Origin: Bdellovibrionota bacterium
GTDB taxonomy: Bacteria; Bdellovibrionota_C; UBA2361; JBGSMV01
NCBI GenBank assembly: GCA_041739995.1
Contig: JBGSMV010000024.1
Location: forward strand, 1-64,000
Length of the DNA stretch: 64,000 nt
Reading direction: 5' to 3'
Each line of letters starts with the position of its first letter. Position 1 is the stretch's first letter. Positions 28,241 through 38,446 of the stretch are shown here, in pieces. Under the pieces are notes generated by a model. That model ran no database searches, was not told the DNA's origin, and worked only from the letters and a program-made list of their open reading frames with translations. The translations under genes and the position numbers were made by a program.

Positions 28241-29842
28241 ATGAACGAAACCTCACTTGCTGAAGTGGAGACACCCTCAGAGCAATCACCCGACGCATCT
28301 CCGACAGAACCAAAACCTGCCGAAACTTTTACCGAGCTGACCGACAATGAGGCAGTCTTAAGCGCGTTGGCACGCGTGGGATTTGTGAAGCCGACACCGG
28401 TTCAAGGAGAGTCGTTGCGCTACTCGCTGGCTGGCGAAGACCTCATGCTACAGGCCAAGACCGGCAGCGGCAAAACTCTTGCATTTGCACTCCCCATTCT
28501 TGCCACACTCGCCAAGACCACGAAGAAAGATTACACCGCGGCGCTTGTGCTCGCTCCAACCAGAGAGCTGGCCTCTCAAATTTGCGAGGTATTTCGAACA
28601 ATTACTCCTGATGTCGCCCCATGTTTAGTGATCGGTGGTGTCAGCATCGCCAGCCAACTCCGCGACCTCGATAAGGACCCACGAGTGGTCGTTGGCACTC
28701 CGGGTAGAATCCTAGACCTCATGCGTCAGCGCGAGCTTCGTTTGCAACAGTGCGCATTTTTCGCGGTGGATGAAGTGGACGAAATGTTCTCCATGGATTT
28801 CGCTGAAGATGTTCGTGCAATCCTCTCTCACTTACCCGCGAAGCGGCAGGGCATATTTGTAAGCGCTACGATCTCACCGAAAGTCGAAATGCTTGCGAAC
28901 AACTTCTTAACCAACCCACGTAAGATCGTGATTTCTAGTCCTGGGGAGGCACTCCCTCCGGTTGAGCATCTCTACCTTGAAGTATCAGGTGAACTTACCG
29001 CTAAAACCACCGCGCTTTGCGATCTAATCGAGAGTTATAACCCTCGCTCGGCTATCATTTTTTGCAATACAAAGTCTGATACCGAGCTGCTCGAAGTTTA
29101 CCTTCGACGCCGGGGCTATGACGCTCGATTGCTCAATTCAGATCTTAACCAAAAACAACGCGACGCAATCATGTCACAAATGCGATCAGGGGATCTGCGC
29201 ATTTTAGTTGGTACCGATCTCGCCGCACGTGGACTCGACATCGCCGAGCTCACGCTGGTTGTGAATTATGCGCTGCCTGACCAGCCAGAAGTCTATGTGC
29301 ACCGCACCGGACGTACTGGGCGCGCAGGTAGAAGCGGAAGAGCAGTGAGTTTGATCGGCCCGCAAGACTTCATGGCGTGGATGAACATCAAGCGCTTTGT
29401 CACCATGCCGATTCAGGCACTCACTCCGCCTACTGAAGCCGATTTAGTGACCGCACGGGTGGCACATTTACACGCGCTTATTCGAGAGACCGAATCCCTC
29501 CCAAATGCCAAAGATATTGAGATGGCGCAGAAGTTTCTTTCTGATCTTGGCGTTCAAACACCAGACGAAGCAGGCTGTGCGCTCTTGGCAAAATTATGCC
29601 TTTCTTTCGTTGAGCAAATCGCCGCCGCCAAGAAGGACAAGCTCATGGCACTGAGCGAGAAGACTCAATCTGACGGAGACCCGTCTGCTCAAGATGCACC
29701 ACGCACCCAGGACCGTAGAGATCGTGGCCCTGGTTCTGGCACAGGCTCAGGCCATCGTGGTCGAGACTCGGGAAGGTCGGGTGGGCAGCGCTCGTCCGGC
29801 CCAAGACATAATGATCGCGGGGATCGAAGAGGACGCCGCTAG
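28241..29842 (+). CDS. DEAD-box RNA helicase
   Basis: Q motif, AKTGSGKT, PTRELA, TPGR, DEVD, SAT, ARGLD, HRTGRTGRAG, and an RG/S-rich tail. Confidence 0.95.
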   Translation: MNETSLAEVETPSEQSPDASPTEPKPAETFTELTDNEAVLSALARVGFVKPTPVQGESLRYSLAGEDLMLQAKTGSGKTLAFALPILATLAKTTKKDYTAALVLAPTRELASQICEVFRTITPDVAPCLVIGGVSIASQLRDLDKDPRVVVGTPGRILDLMRQRELRLQQCAFFAVDEVDEMFSMDFAEDVRAILSHLPAKRQGIFVSATISPKVEMLANNFLTNPRKIVISSPGEALPPVEHLYLEVSGELTAKTTALCDLIESYNPRSAIIFCNTKSDTELLEVYLRRRGYDARLLNSDLNQKQRDAIMSQMRSGDLRILVGTDLAARGLDIAELTLVVNYALPDQPEVYVHRTGRTGRAGRSGRAVSLIGPQDFMAWMNIKRFVTMPIQALTPPTEADLVTARVAHLHALIRETESLPNAKDIEMAQKFLSDLGVQTPDEAGCALLAKLCLSFVEQIAAAKKDKLMALSEKTQSDGDPSAQDAPRTQDRRDRGPGSGTGSGHRGRDSGRSGGQRSSGPRHNDRGDRRGRR

Positions 29843-29867
29843 CGAGAAGATCTTGCCACTTGAGAGA

Positions 29868-30830
29868 CTATTCGCCAACAGTCTCGAGAAAGCTCATCAC
29901 TCGCTGGCTGTACCAGCGTGGCTCAGACCTTGATGCCCTTCCAAACGAAGCATGGCCCCCGTGTGCTGGAAGTTCCAGCCAAAGGTGCGGATGCCGCTCA
30001 GCCAACTCGTGCGGATTACTCTCAAAATGGAGGAATGGATCGTCTTTGGCGTTCAGAATAAGTGTCGGCACTCTGATGCCGTCAAGAAATTGGCCAGAGG
30101 AGCATTTTGAATAATAGTCGAGTGCGCCGTCGAATCCGTGCAGTGGCGCAGTGTAGCGCTCATCATATTCGTGAAATGTTTGAATTTCTTCAAATCCGGC
30201 CAGTGATATCTCGGCAGGAAACCGCGTCTGCTTTTGGCGCAATTTCTTCTCCAGGTTTCGTAGAAAATAGCGCATATAAACTCGATTGCTAGGGCGAGCC
30301 AACTGAGTAGCGCAAGCAGCAAGGTCACAGGGCGCCGCTACCACCGCGATCCCCTGTACCGCGGGAAGCAAATCCTCTCCCTGCTCTCCCGCAAGCTTCA
30401 AAGTGAGATTTGCTCCGAGGCTAAAGCCAGTAAGCGCGATCGAGCGATAACGAGCCAATGCATGCTTTAACACCAGCCCCAAATCCTCAGTCTCGCCACT
30501 GTGATAAAAACGCAGGGCTCTGTTCGGTTCACCACTACACCCTCGATAATTCCAAGCCAAAACATCCCAGCCATGCCTCACTGCCGCTGCCGCCAACGAC
30601 AAGACCGGCTTGCTCTTGGTGCTTCCCTCCAAGCCATGGCTGATGAGCAGCAAACGCTCCTTTCCGCTCACGGACCAGTCGAGGTCCAGAAAATCATCAT
30701 CAGGCGTAGCTATTCGCTCCCGTGTCCATGGCAGCCGGTCAGAAACCGGCATGAAAGACCCAAAAATGGTGTTGAAGTGCCGATTGCGTAACAGCAATGG
30801 AGCACGATAGGAGGAACGCACTACAGGCAT
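29868..30830 (-). CDS. YheT-family alpha/beta hydrolase
   Basis: HGLEGS, NYRGCSG, GFSLG, NAKDDPF, GGHASF. Confidence 0.9.
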   Translation of the reverse strand: MPVVRSSYRAPLLLRNRHFNTIFGSFMPVSDRLPWTRERIATPDDDFLDLDWSVSGKERLLLISHGLEGSTKSKPVLSLAAAAVRHGWDVLAWNYRGCSGEPNRALRFYHSGETEDLGLVLKHALARYRSIALTGFSLGANLTLKLAGEQGEDLLPAVQGIAVVAAPCDLAACATQLARPSNRVYMRYFLRNLEKKLRQKQTRFPAEISLAGFEEIQTFHEYDERYTAPLHGFDGALDYYSKCSSGQFLDGIRVPTLILNAKDDPFLHFESNPHELAERHPHLWLELPAHGGHASFGRASRSEPRWYSQRVMSFLETVGE

Positions 30831-30859
30831 AACAATCTCAAGCTTAGCGAGAGAGTAGG

Positions 30860-31504
30860 CTACTTCGGCTTATACAAACCTGCCTTCGCTGCCCCAAGCA
30901 ACCCAGCCTGCAAGCTACGCTCATCAACTCTACACAAACCGCGCTCTATCGCGGGTGAAATGAGATTAAAATGTCGAGAGCTATCAAGGGCGGCGACCAA
31001 GTCGTCGAGTTGCTTGGAATCCACTCGCCAGTTTAGATAGTTGAAACGTCGTAAATCCAAAAGCACCGAATACTCCCTAAGAGTCTTCTCGCGTGCCACG
31101 TTGAAGTAAAGCTCGAAGAATGACATCGCCAGTTCGCGCAAGGACTTGTAGGCCGGCTCACGAAATCGCAGACCTGAAAAGTTTGAAGCACTAACCGCCC
31201 CATAGCGACCGTGCTGTTTATAAACTGCGATGACGTGATCATCGTCGCGTCGGGCGCGCAGATCCATGACTTGAGGACGAAAGCCTAGCTGCTCCAACGC
31301 TGCTGCCGCAAAGAGCGCTCCGTCCATACAGTGGGCGCGCTTGTGGCGTAGCACCTCTCGCGGACTCAAATATATCGGCTTTGTGTTGTAGCTAGTCCTA
31401 TCAAGAAAGCCTTGCACCCCCTCAGGCGACTTCAACGCTTTCAGCAATTTAATTTCAGAAGAAGTGAGTCCCGTCGAAGAAACTCGATCTTTGCTCTTTA
31501 CCAC
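30860..31504 (-). CDS. Conserved hypothetical protein, transglutaminase-like Cys/His motif
   Basis: AHCMDGALFAAAAL, DDDHVIAV, SNFSGLRFREP. Confidence 0.65.
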   Translation of the reverse strand: MVKSKDRVSSTGLTSSEIKLLKALKSPEGVQGFLDRTSYNTKPIYLSPREVLRHKRAHCMDGALFAAAALEQLGFRPQVMDLRARRDDDHVIAVYKQHGRYGAVSASNFSGLRFREPAYKSLRELAMSFFELYFNVAREKTLREYSVLLDLRRFNYLNWRVDSKQLDDLVAALDSSRHFNLISPAIERGLCRVDERSLQAGLLGAAKAGLYKPK

Positions 31505-31546
31505 CTGATATTCCTTGTTTGCTTATTCCTTCTCACGCTCGCTAAA

Positions 31547-32305
31547 CTATTTGCTCCGTTCTGCCCAAACGAGCAAACGCGGAGCGTCGGGCGACCAGTC
31601 AACTGTGCCAAAGTCCCCTTGCACGTGAACAATTCGCTGGCCACTCTTTTCGAGCAAACTTTCTATGTCTTCCCGCGCGTACAGCCGAACAGATTCGGTA
31701 TAGACGCTAGTTTTGCCAGTTCCCCTATCCGTAACTTTGATGCGCTTCTCAACTCTCAGCCCATCTGGCGAAAAAGTGCGAGACTCGTCATAAATCGCGC
31801 TGGCCGTCTCCTTTCGCGACTCTGGCACAAGCGTATCTCTCACTCGCTTCGGATTTAGGTAGTCAAGAAATAATACTCCGTCGGGCTTCAGTGCCCTTGC
31901 CCACTCCCTCAATAACGCCACATGCTCAGCATCTGAGGCAAGGTATCCAAAAGTAGTAAAAAATGCGCTCACGAGATCAAAACTATCAGACGCGACCGGC
32001 AGATGACGCATGTCACCTTCAACCGCTACACACGGCGAGGAATAATCTTGCAAGGCACGCACCGCCTGCTTCAACGCTTCGTGCGATCGATCCACCCCCA
32101 CGCAACAGACCTTGCGCCTCGCAAGGGCGTGAAGATGTCTTCCCCGTCCACAGCCGATATCAAGTGCAAGTTTTGGCAACTGAGCGCGCAGTATTCTGAA
32201 ACGGGCCAGCACCTCCTCAACCTGCATATTCGCTTCATCATTCGAACGATGGGCATACAGATCAAGATACTCAGAACCAAACCAGTCGACGAACCACTCA
32301 TTCAT
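31547..32305 (-). CDS. Class I SAM-dependent methyltransferase
   Basis: WF..WF...YLDLYAHR, LDIGCGRGRH, GDMR, FTTFGY, YTESVRLY. Confidence 0.9.
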   Translation of the reverse strand: MNEWFVDWFGSEYLDLYAHRSNDEANMQVEEVLARFRILRAQLPKLALDIGCGRGRHLHALARRKVCCVGVDRSHEALKQAVRALQDYSSPCVAVEGDMRHLPVASDSFDLVSAFFTTFGYLASDAEHVALLREWARALKPDGVLFLDYLNPKRVRDTLVPESRKETASAIYDESRTFSPDGLRVEKRIKVTDRGTGKTSVYTESVRLYAREDIESLLEKSGQRIVHVQGDFGTVDWSPDAPRLLVWAERSK

Positions 32306-32351
32306 ATTATTCTAACTCGACGCGATCGGCACTTGCGTACCCAAAGATCTT

Positions 32352-33356
32352 CTATGTCGACAAAGAGCTAGGCCGATGGCTATGCGCCTTCAGATCTGCC
32401 TCCCTCCCGCTTGAGGGGCTGACTGCTGTTACCTGACTAAGTGCCAGCGCTCCAAAAACGGCAAAAATCGCTACGGTCACGTCCGCTACTAAAAGGTGCA
32501 TCAGTTTCAATACTAGCACCTTTCCAAATACCAATGTCACAGCTCCCAAAGTCACCTGAGCACAAAGCACCGCCCAAAGCATCCTATGGACTACTCTGAA
32601 TTCTGCTCTCAGCGCAAAAGTTGCAGATGACCTCGTCGCTGTAAGCAACCAGAAGAGGTATCCCACGGAAATTACTGAGATCAGCGGATGAAGAATTCGA
32701 AGGCGCACCAACAAAGGAGAGCTACTTTCGAAGTCGGCCTGCACACCCGCCCAAAGTGAGGGGAATGGGTGCAACATGCTCGACAACGCCGCGACTACAC
32801 CTGCTACCCCTGAGAGACAAAGCAGAAAAAAGCCAAGCAGTATCAACGCGCAGGTTTTGGATCTAAGCGAGAATTTTTCGATCGAATCGACACGAGCAAA
32901 GTGAGCCGTCAGAGACAGGCTGGAAACTAAGAAGAACGTGTTGACCAGGTGGAGGGTAAGGGAGACGATCCTCTGTAACGATTGATTTTGATCTACCCAT
33001 CCATACAGCACCAATACTGCGCCAATGCCCGCCTCAATAACCATGAATCCGAAACTACAATAGGCCGCATATCGAGCTGGGTGATGTGAAGAGAAATTTC
33101 GCCTGGCACCCCAGGCCAGTACAAGTGCCAGCAAAAAGACTGCCCCTGAGGAAAGACGATGCATGAATTCAATCGCGGTCTCCAGTGAGGCCGATCGAGG
33201 AAAGATCGCCCCATGGCAAAGCGGCCAGTTCTCCCCGCACCCATCTCCTGAGCCACTCAGACGAGTAAATGCACCCCACAGAATAACCAGTAAGGAGAGC
33301 ACAAGGGTGGAAATGGCAAGGCGCGAAAATCCGACTCGCGTTTTCGGGACGATCAT
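32352..33356 (-). CDS. ctaA: Heme A synthase (COX15/CtaA)
   Basis: GSGDGCGENWPLCHG, IEFMHR and conserved His residues in TM helices. Confidence 0.85.
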   Translation of the reverse strand: MIVPKTRVGFSRLAISTLVLSLLVILWGAFTRLSGSGDGCGENWPLCHGAIFPRSASLETAIEFMHRLSSGAVFLLALVLAWGARRNFSSHHPARYAAYCSFGFMVIEAGIGAVLVLYGWVDQNQSLQRIVSLTLHLVNTFFLVSSLSLTAHFARVDSIEKFSLRSKTCALILLGFFLLCLSGVAGVVAALSSMLHPFPSLWAGVQADFESSSPLLVRLRILHPLISVISVGYLFWLLTATRSSATFALRAEFRVVHRMLWAVLCAQVTLGAVTLVFGKVLVLKLMHLLVADVTVAIFAVFGALALSQVTAVSPSSGREADLKAHSHRPSSLST

Positions 33357-33444
33357 GAAATGAACGCTAGCAAGATATCGAGGTCGAGCGCAAAGATCTC
33401 GGCAGAGAAATCTGAGTAATCGGAGTTCCTGCGCGAATGAGAAT

Positions 33445-33762
33445 CTAAGAGTCGCCGCCCGAGTGAGGTTCCTGTTTGTCCTGAAGCATCTTCTTAAGGG
33501 CGCGCGCAGTTTTTAGGTGAGCATCAATCTCACTCTGGGCTTTAGTTAAGACGGTAAGGGCATGCTGAGCGTCGGCCTTGGTAAGTAGCGAAGTGGTCGG
33601 GAGCGGTTGAATGCGGGAGTACTCCTCCATAAACTCCCGAACATAAGAGAGCACATCGGGGTCGGTTGAATCTTCGCCCTTCGGATAATCACGCTGAATC
33701 TCAACCTGACGATCAAGGTGGGAGCGAACTTGCAATTTTTTCTTGCCTCTTCTGGCCGCCAT
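33445..33762 (-). CDS. Hypothetical protein
   Basis: ORF with a plausible RBS (GAAGAG) before MAARRG; no recognised motif. Confidence 0.45.
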   Translation of the reverse strand: MAARRGKKKLQVRSHLDRQVEIQRDYPKGEDSTDPDVLSYVREFMEEYSRIQPLPTTSLLTKADAQHALTVLTKAQSEIDAHLKTARALKKMLQDKQEPHSGGDS

Positions 33763-34007
33763 ATATCTCTTCAGATGCGCGTCATGCTCGCATGGCCGCA
33801 CTTCAATTAAAAATCGTAACTAGTCAGCATAACCCGCACGCTGTGCCCCTCAGGGGCCAATTTGCGGAGCAAATTGGGGGTGACAACAACTAACTGGTCA
33901 CAAAATAGAGCTGCCCCGTTTAGGGAGAAATATCAGCTGCAGTATGGATTATACGCTTCAACCTTGTGACGACTTACGATACGGATTTAAAATATGGTGA
34001 CGAGTTA

Positions 34008-35051
34008 CTAAAAATCAAACACCGGGCTTGGTCCGATTACGGGGGCATCGGGGAAAAGAGAGCTATTCTGAGAACTTAGGCTCTCCGCCGATGGCTCCTG
34101 CTCCTTGGCCTTAGGCGGATCCACCAGCTCTTCTGGCGCAGGAGGCGGGAGCCTGAGCTTTAGCTCAATACGCCGATTTCCAGCCGCCTCTGTGCGCTCC
34201 GGGAACTTTGGCGCACGATCAGCCTGTCCCACCACTCCGCGAATTCGCTCAGTGGGAATCCCCTCGCGCTCCAGAAATCTCCTGGCAGCATTGGCGCGAT
34301 CTGTTGAAAGCTCCCAGTTCGTGTAGGTGTTGAAACGACTGGAGAACCGTTTGGAATCGGTGTGGCCCAAAATATCAATCGGATAGGGAACCGCTCTGAT
34401 AAACTGCGCGATTTTGGAAAATGCGTCTTCCGCCTCGATTGAAATTTGCGCACTTCCACTAGAGAACATCGAGGCTGTTTCGGTATCTCCAATTTCAATG
34501 CGAATCCCATCAGGCTCGAGCGTGATGTCGACTTCGCCAAGTACGTTTTCAATTTCTGGTGCAAGTGCGAGGGCCTCGGCGAGTCGACCGGCATATTTTT
34601 TGAGCTTCTCGGCTTCACCACCGAGCCCTTCCTCTATTGAGGAAAATTCTCCCGGGGGCATCTCTTCTGGGATTAACAACTTAGAGGCGCCATCGGCCGG
34701 GTTTTCCGCTGGTTCCTGGGTTGGATCCGGACTTTCGTGACCGGTTACCTTTTTTGCTGTACCGCTCTCAATGCCAGGGTCCTTGGAAGGTGCCACCTCT
34801 TCGCTGAAAATTCCGGCACCTCCTACTTGCAATGGTTTTCCAGTTCCGGTTTCAAAAATACCGGGCTTTCTGAAATATGCCGCAACCGCTTGGCGAGTTG
34901 GATTTTCTGCCGTACCGACCAGCCACATAACCATGAAGAAGGCCATCATCGCCGTCACGAAGTCGGCGTACGCAACTTTCCAGGCACCACCATGGTGGCC
35001 GCCATGGTGCCCTTTCTTCTTTACTACGATAATTGGCTTTTCATCGGCCAT
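34008..35051 (-). CDS. motB: Flagellar motor stator MotB
   Basis: HGGAWKVAYADFVTAMMAFF; OmpA-like GHTD, NWELSTDRANAAR and NRRIE. Confidence 0.95.
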   Translation of the reverse strand: MADEKPIIVVKKKGHHGGHHGGAWKVAYADFVTAMMAFFMVMWLVGTAENPTRQAVAAYFRKPGIFETGTGKPLQVGGAGIFSEEVAPSKDPGIESGTAKKVTGHESPDPTQEPAENPADGASKLLIPEEMPPGEFSSIEEGLGGEAEKLKKYAGRLAEALALAPEIENVLGEVDITLEPDGIRIEIGDTETASMFSSGSAQISIEAEDAFSKIAQFIRAVPYPIDILGHTDSKRFSSRFNTYTNWELSTDRANAARRFLEREGIPTERIRGVVGQADRAPKFPERTEAAGNRRIELKLRLPPPAPEELVDPPKAKEQEPSAESLSSQNSSLFPDAPVIGPSPVFDF

Positions 35052-35094
35052 GGTTCACCATCTTCCTTGAGGGCGACGACTCGCTTCTGCCGGA

Positions 35095-35952
35095 CTATTT
35101 CTTAGCTTCCTTCATAATCTCTTCGACCTCTTCCGACGTCGGCCGCATGCTGGACGGTATGGTTTTTCGTGCGAACTCGAGCGCCACTTGTGGTGGAGCA
35201 CCACCAGCAAAGGAAACTAATCCGGCCTGCACGCACTTAAGGACCGAGGTTTTATCTCGAACAATCGACTCCATCTTGCTCCCGATCGGGCCGACGATAC
35301 AGTAGGACAAAAAGATTCCCAACATCGTTCCCACGAGAGCAGCAGCAACGTGATGTCCGATTTCTGCAGGAGGGCCATCCAAGAATTGCATCGTGATGAT
35401 AATTCCTAGCACGGCTGCAACAATACCTACCGCGGGAAATGCGTCAGCAGTATTTTTCACCGCACCGGAATAGAGTAATTCTTCCTCATGATGAGTTTCA
35501 ATTTCAGTATCAAGCAGTCGCTCAAGGTCAAATGCATTCACCACGCCGTCGACGAATAGTCGAAGGGCTCCGGTAAATGTATCCATCAAATGGTGATCGT
35601 GTGATGCCCGCGGATACTTGTTAAATCGCGCGCTCTCATGCGGATTGGAAAGATCCCCTTCAATGCCAAGCACACCTTCTTTTCGCATGGTATCGAAGAC
35701 GCTTGCCATCAAGCCCAGTAACTGACTGAACAGCTCTTTATCGACACCGCTGCCTTTGACAGTCTCAAGCATCTTGGGAATTATTTTTTTCAGAACGTAA
35801 CCAGGTTGCGCGGTCAACGTAGAGAAAATACCGCAACCCATGATGACGAGATATTCATAGGGCTGGAATAGAATGCCGGCAGGACCACCGGGTCCGACTA
35901 GTCCTACGACTGTACAAACGAGAACGCCGATTAATCCAACAATTACGCTCAT
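35095..35952 (-). CDS. motA: Flagellar motor stator MotA
   Basis: RKEGVLGIE, PAVGIVAAVLG, IGHHVAAALVGTMLGIFLSY, PQVALEFARK; start at MSVIVG. Confidence 0.95.
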   Translation of the reverse strand: MSVIVGLIGVLVCTVVGLVGPGGPAGILFQPYEYLVIMGCGIFSTLTAQPGYVLKKIIPKMLETVKGSGVDKELFSQLLGLMASVFDTMRKEGVLGIEGDLSNPHESARFNKYPRASHDHHLMDTFTGALRLFVDGVVNAFDLERLLDTEIETHHEEELLYSGAVKNTADAFPAVGIVAAVLGIIITMQFLDGPPAEIGHHVAAALVGTMLGIFLSYCIVGPIGSKMESIVRDKTSVLKCVQAGLVSFAGGAPPQVALEFARKTIPSSMRPTSEEVEEIMKEAKK

Positions 35953-36334
35953 GGTCGAAAACCTTGGCCTCGCGAGCCCTCTTAACCGGCGCCCAAACTG
36001 CACGCGTGGAGGGTGGTAAAAACACTCCTGAGAGAATGATGCTACGCAGTATGATGAATATTGCTGAGGAGTTGATGCAAATACTGCTGAGACGTCGTTA
36101 CATGAGAGAGCGCCTCCTAGGCGGCTCCAAGCCCCTTTTCCCCCTCCACCGCAGGGGAAGAACTCCAACATTAGCGGAACCCGAGTTCTCCGGGAGCCTC
36201 GACCCTCATTGTTTCGGCCCACACAGCTGGTAAATAGCCATTCGAGGGCTCTTGGTTCGACGCCGCGTTGAGCCCAGCGCTGGCGCATAGTAACTTCGGC
36301 CGGCAGACCTCGTGCATATTAAATTGGAGCACTG

Positions 36335-37096
36335 ATGATCCCAGAAGGCCAAGTCACCACCCGTATCGACAAAGCGGTTGCCCACGTTCATTTTGGACAT
36401 CCTCGCAGCAACTCCCTTCCGGGAAAGGTTTTGAATTCGCTCGCCGAGCAAATTTCAGCGGCTGGAGTCGATCCCGCCGTACGCGTGGTCCTGATCCGAA
36501 GTGAAGGCGACCGAGCATTTTGCGCCGGCGCTTCCTTTGATGAACTTGCCGCCACCACCGAGCCAAAACCTGCTCACGAATTTTTTATGGGATTCGCTCG
36601 AGTAATTCTTGCGATTCGAAACTGCCCTGCTCTGGTAGTCGCACGAGTTCAAGGAAAGGCCGTAGGTGGTGGAGTGGGGCTGATAGCCGCATGCGATTAT
36701 GCACTGGCCTTGGACAGCGCTTCGATTCGCCTAAGCGAATATGCGCTTGGCTTTGGCCCCTTTGTCATCAGCCCGGCGGTTCAACGCAAAATTGGCCTGG
36801 CTTCATTTAGCGCTCTTACCATTGATAGCGAGTGGCGAGATGCAGCTTGGGGGAAACAAGCTGGACTCTACGCCGATACTTTTTCGTCTCTTCCCCTGCT
36901 CGATGGCGCAGTTACCAAGCTCACCGAGAAGCTCGCCGCTTCGAACAAAGCAGCATCCGAAAAAATCAAGGCAGTACTGTGGGCGGGAACCGAGCAGTGG
37001 GATACTCTGCTTGCAGAACGTGCCCAGATTAGCGCCGAACTACTTTGCTCACCCTTTGTTCAGTCTGCTATTAAGGTAGCGTTGAAGAATAATTAA
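36335..37096 (+). CDS. Enoyl-CoA hydratase/isomerase family protein
   Basis: FCAGASF, VQGKAVGGGVGLIAACD, LSE..LG. Confidence 0.92.
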   Translation: MIPEGQVTTRIDKAVAHVHFGHPRSNSLPGKVLNSLAEQISAAGVDPAVRVVLIRSEGDRAFCAGASFDELAATTEPKPAHEFFMGFARVILAIRNCPALVVARVQGKAVGGGVGLIAACDYALALDSASIRLSEYALGFGPFVISPAVQRKIGLASFSALTIDSEWRDAAWGKQAGLYADTFSSLPLLDGAVTKLTEKLAASNKAASEKIKAVLWAGTEQWDTLLAERAQISAELLCSPFVQSAIKVALKNN

Positions 37097-37231
37097 GAAG
37101 GTAATCCCTTACGGCTCCCCACGTTCACTTGTGCCAAAAAAGCTCCCGCCGCTTGAGTGTCTGAGCGTGCTTAACCCAACTTCGATGATAGGTGCTTGAT
37201 ATCTAAGTGCTTTTACTCTTCAGTTGAATCT

Positions 37232-37258
37232 TAGGTACTGCGCAACCTTCGCCGATAA
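37232..37258 (+). promoter_or_regulatory. Sigma28 (FliA)-type promoter
   Basis: TAGG-15 bp-GCCGATAA; the -10 matches the consensus exactly. Confidence 0.55.
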
Positions 37259-37305
37259 TAGTATGAGCGATTAGAGCACAACCTTATTGAGAGGCCTTCA
37301 ACACC

Positions 37306-38256
37306 GTGTCGACAGAAGTTCAAGGGTACATCGATCAGGGCTCCGAGCCTGATTCGACCTGGGAAATCGCACGCCTCTCGGTACAGAAGCATCTGCAAAT
37401 CCCCCCGACACTTCCGCGCGTAGTTAAAACAGGCTGGGAGGGCCTAACCTCTCAAGATGATTTTTTAAAACTTGTCGGCGGCGCTCGCGTCAATGCAGGC
37501 TGCCTCCTTTCCGCCGCTCAAATCATGAACGATGGGAGAAAGCCTAACTTTGGCGATGTGGTAAATGCGCTCAATACGCTGGGGATGGGTTACGCCTCGG
37601 TTGTCATGGCAGTGAATACTCTTACTCGACGCTTTCTCAAGTCTAAACCAGCTCCCCTTTGGAAGTCTGTCCTTAAGGAAATGATGTCGTCAATCGAGAT
37701 TGGCTACATCCTTGGTTCTAAAGTATCAGGCTTTGGGTCGGCTGCTGGCGCACTGATGGGTTTTGCCGAACACGCCGGCCTACTTATGCTTTGTATGGAT
37801 GACCCTAAAGCCTTCAAAGAGTGGCGCTTTCAAAGTCAACGCGCAGGACGCCTGGGAAGAAAAGTTGAGGTTGGATTTTTTGGCTGTGAGCCCTACCAAG
37901 TAGCGGCGCTCACCATTCAAGCCCTTGGATTCGGAGTTGAAAGTGCCGTGGGCACGGCCCTCGGCGTGGGTCGCCTGTCCCCGGAACATCTTGCGAAAGA
38001 CGACAGAATAAATTGCTGGCGCGCAGCCGTGGTGTGGATCGACTCCCTTAAACGTGGTCGTGATTTTCCTGCACAAAGCTCAATGCGAGACTTTTTTAAA
38101 GAAATCACACCGTCAAAAGACAGTGCGACAAAAAATCTGACGCTCGGCGTGCTCTACACTGAAGTTGCAAAGGTCAAGAATAACGGCTCGGATTGGACCT
38201 GGCACCTTCCACTCCCGTCCTATGACGCTACTCAAGAAGAGTGGAAGCTGAACTGA
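37306..38256 (+). CDS. Hypothetical protein, degenerate HDOD-like domain
   Basis: ALNTLG, LW, GFAEHAGLLML and E..FFGCEPYQVAA..I..LGF resemble the HDOD pattern, without the HD pair. Confidence 0.55.
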   Translation: MSTEVQGYIDQGSEPDSTWEIARLSVQKHLQIPPTLPRVVKTGWEGLTSQDDFLKLVGGARVNAGCLLSAAQIMNDGRKPNFGDVVNALNTLGMGYASVVMAVNTLTRRFLKSKPAPLWKSVLKEMMSSIEIGYILGSKVSGFGSAAGALMGFAEHAGLLMLCMDDPKAFKEWRFQSQRAGRLGRKVEVGFFGCEPYQVAALTIQALGFGVESAVGTALGVGRLSPEHLAKDDRINCWRAAVVWIDSLKRGRDFPAQSSMRDFFKEITPSKDSATKNLTLGVLYTEVAKVKNNGSDWTWHLPLPSYDATQEEWKLN

Positions 38257-38446
38257 GTGTAAAACGCTCTCGTGGAAGCGCTCCTCAAGATAAGTCGCTG
38301 CGATACGCCATCACAGGCTTACTTCATAGATACTTCTTGCTCTCTCCGCTCCCTCTGGGGTCTCCGCGTAAATTGAAACTAACCAGAAGGCGCGAAGAAT
38401 CTGAGAGATTACTCGATCGAGGGTCGATGCCCGCCCGCTGAATGCG

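Noticed and set aside
35953..36288. Long N-terminal extension on MotA; similar extensions in the ORF track for def, msrB, the ABC ATPase and VanZ
   Set aside because: Artefacts of longest-ORF calling; family similarity begins at downstream Met codons.
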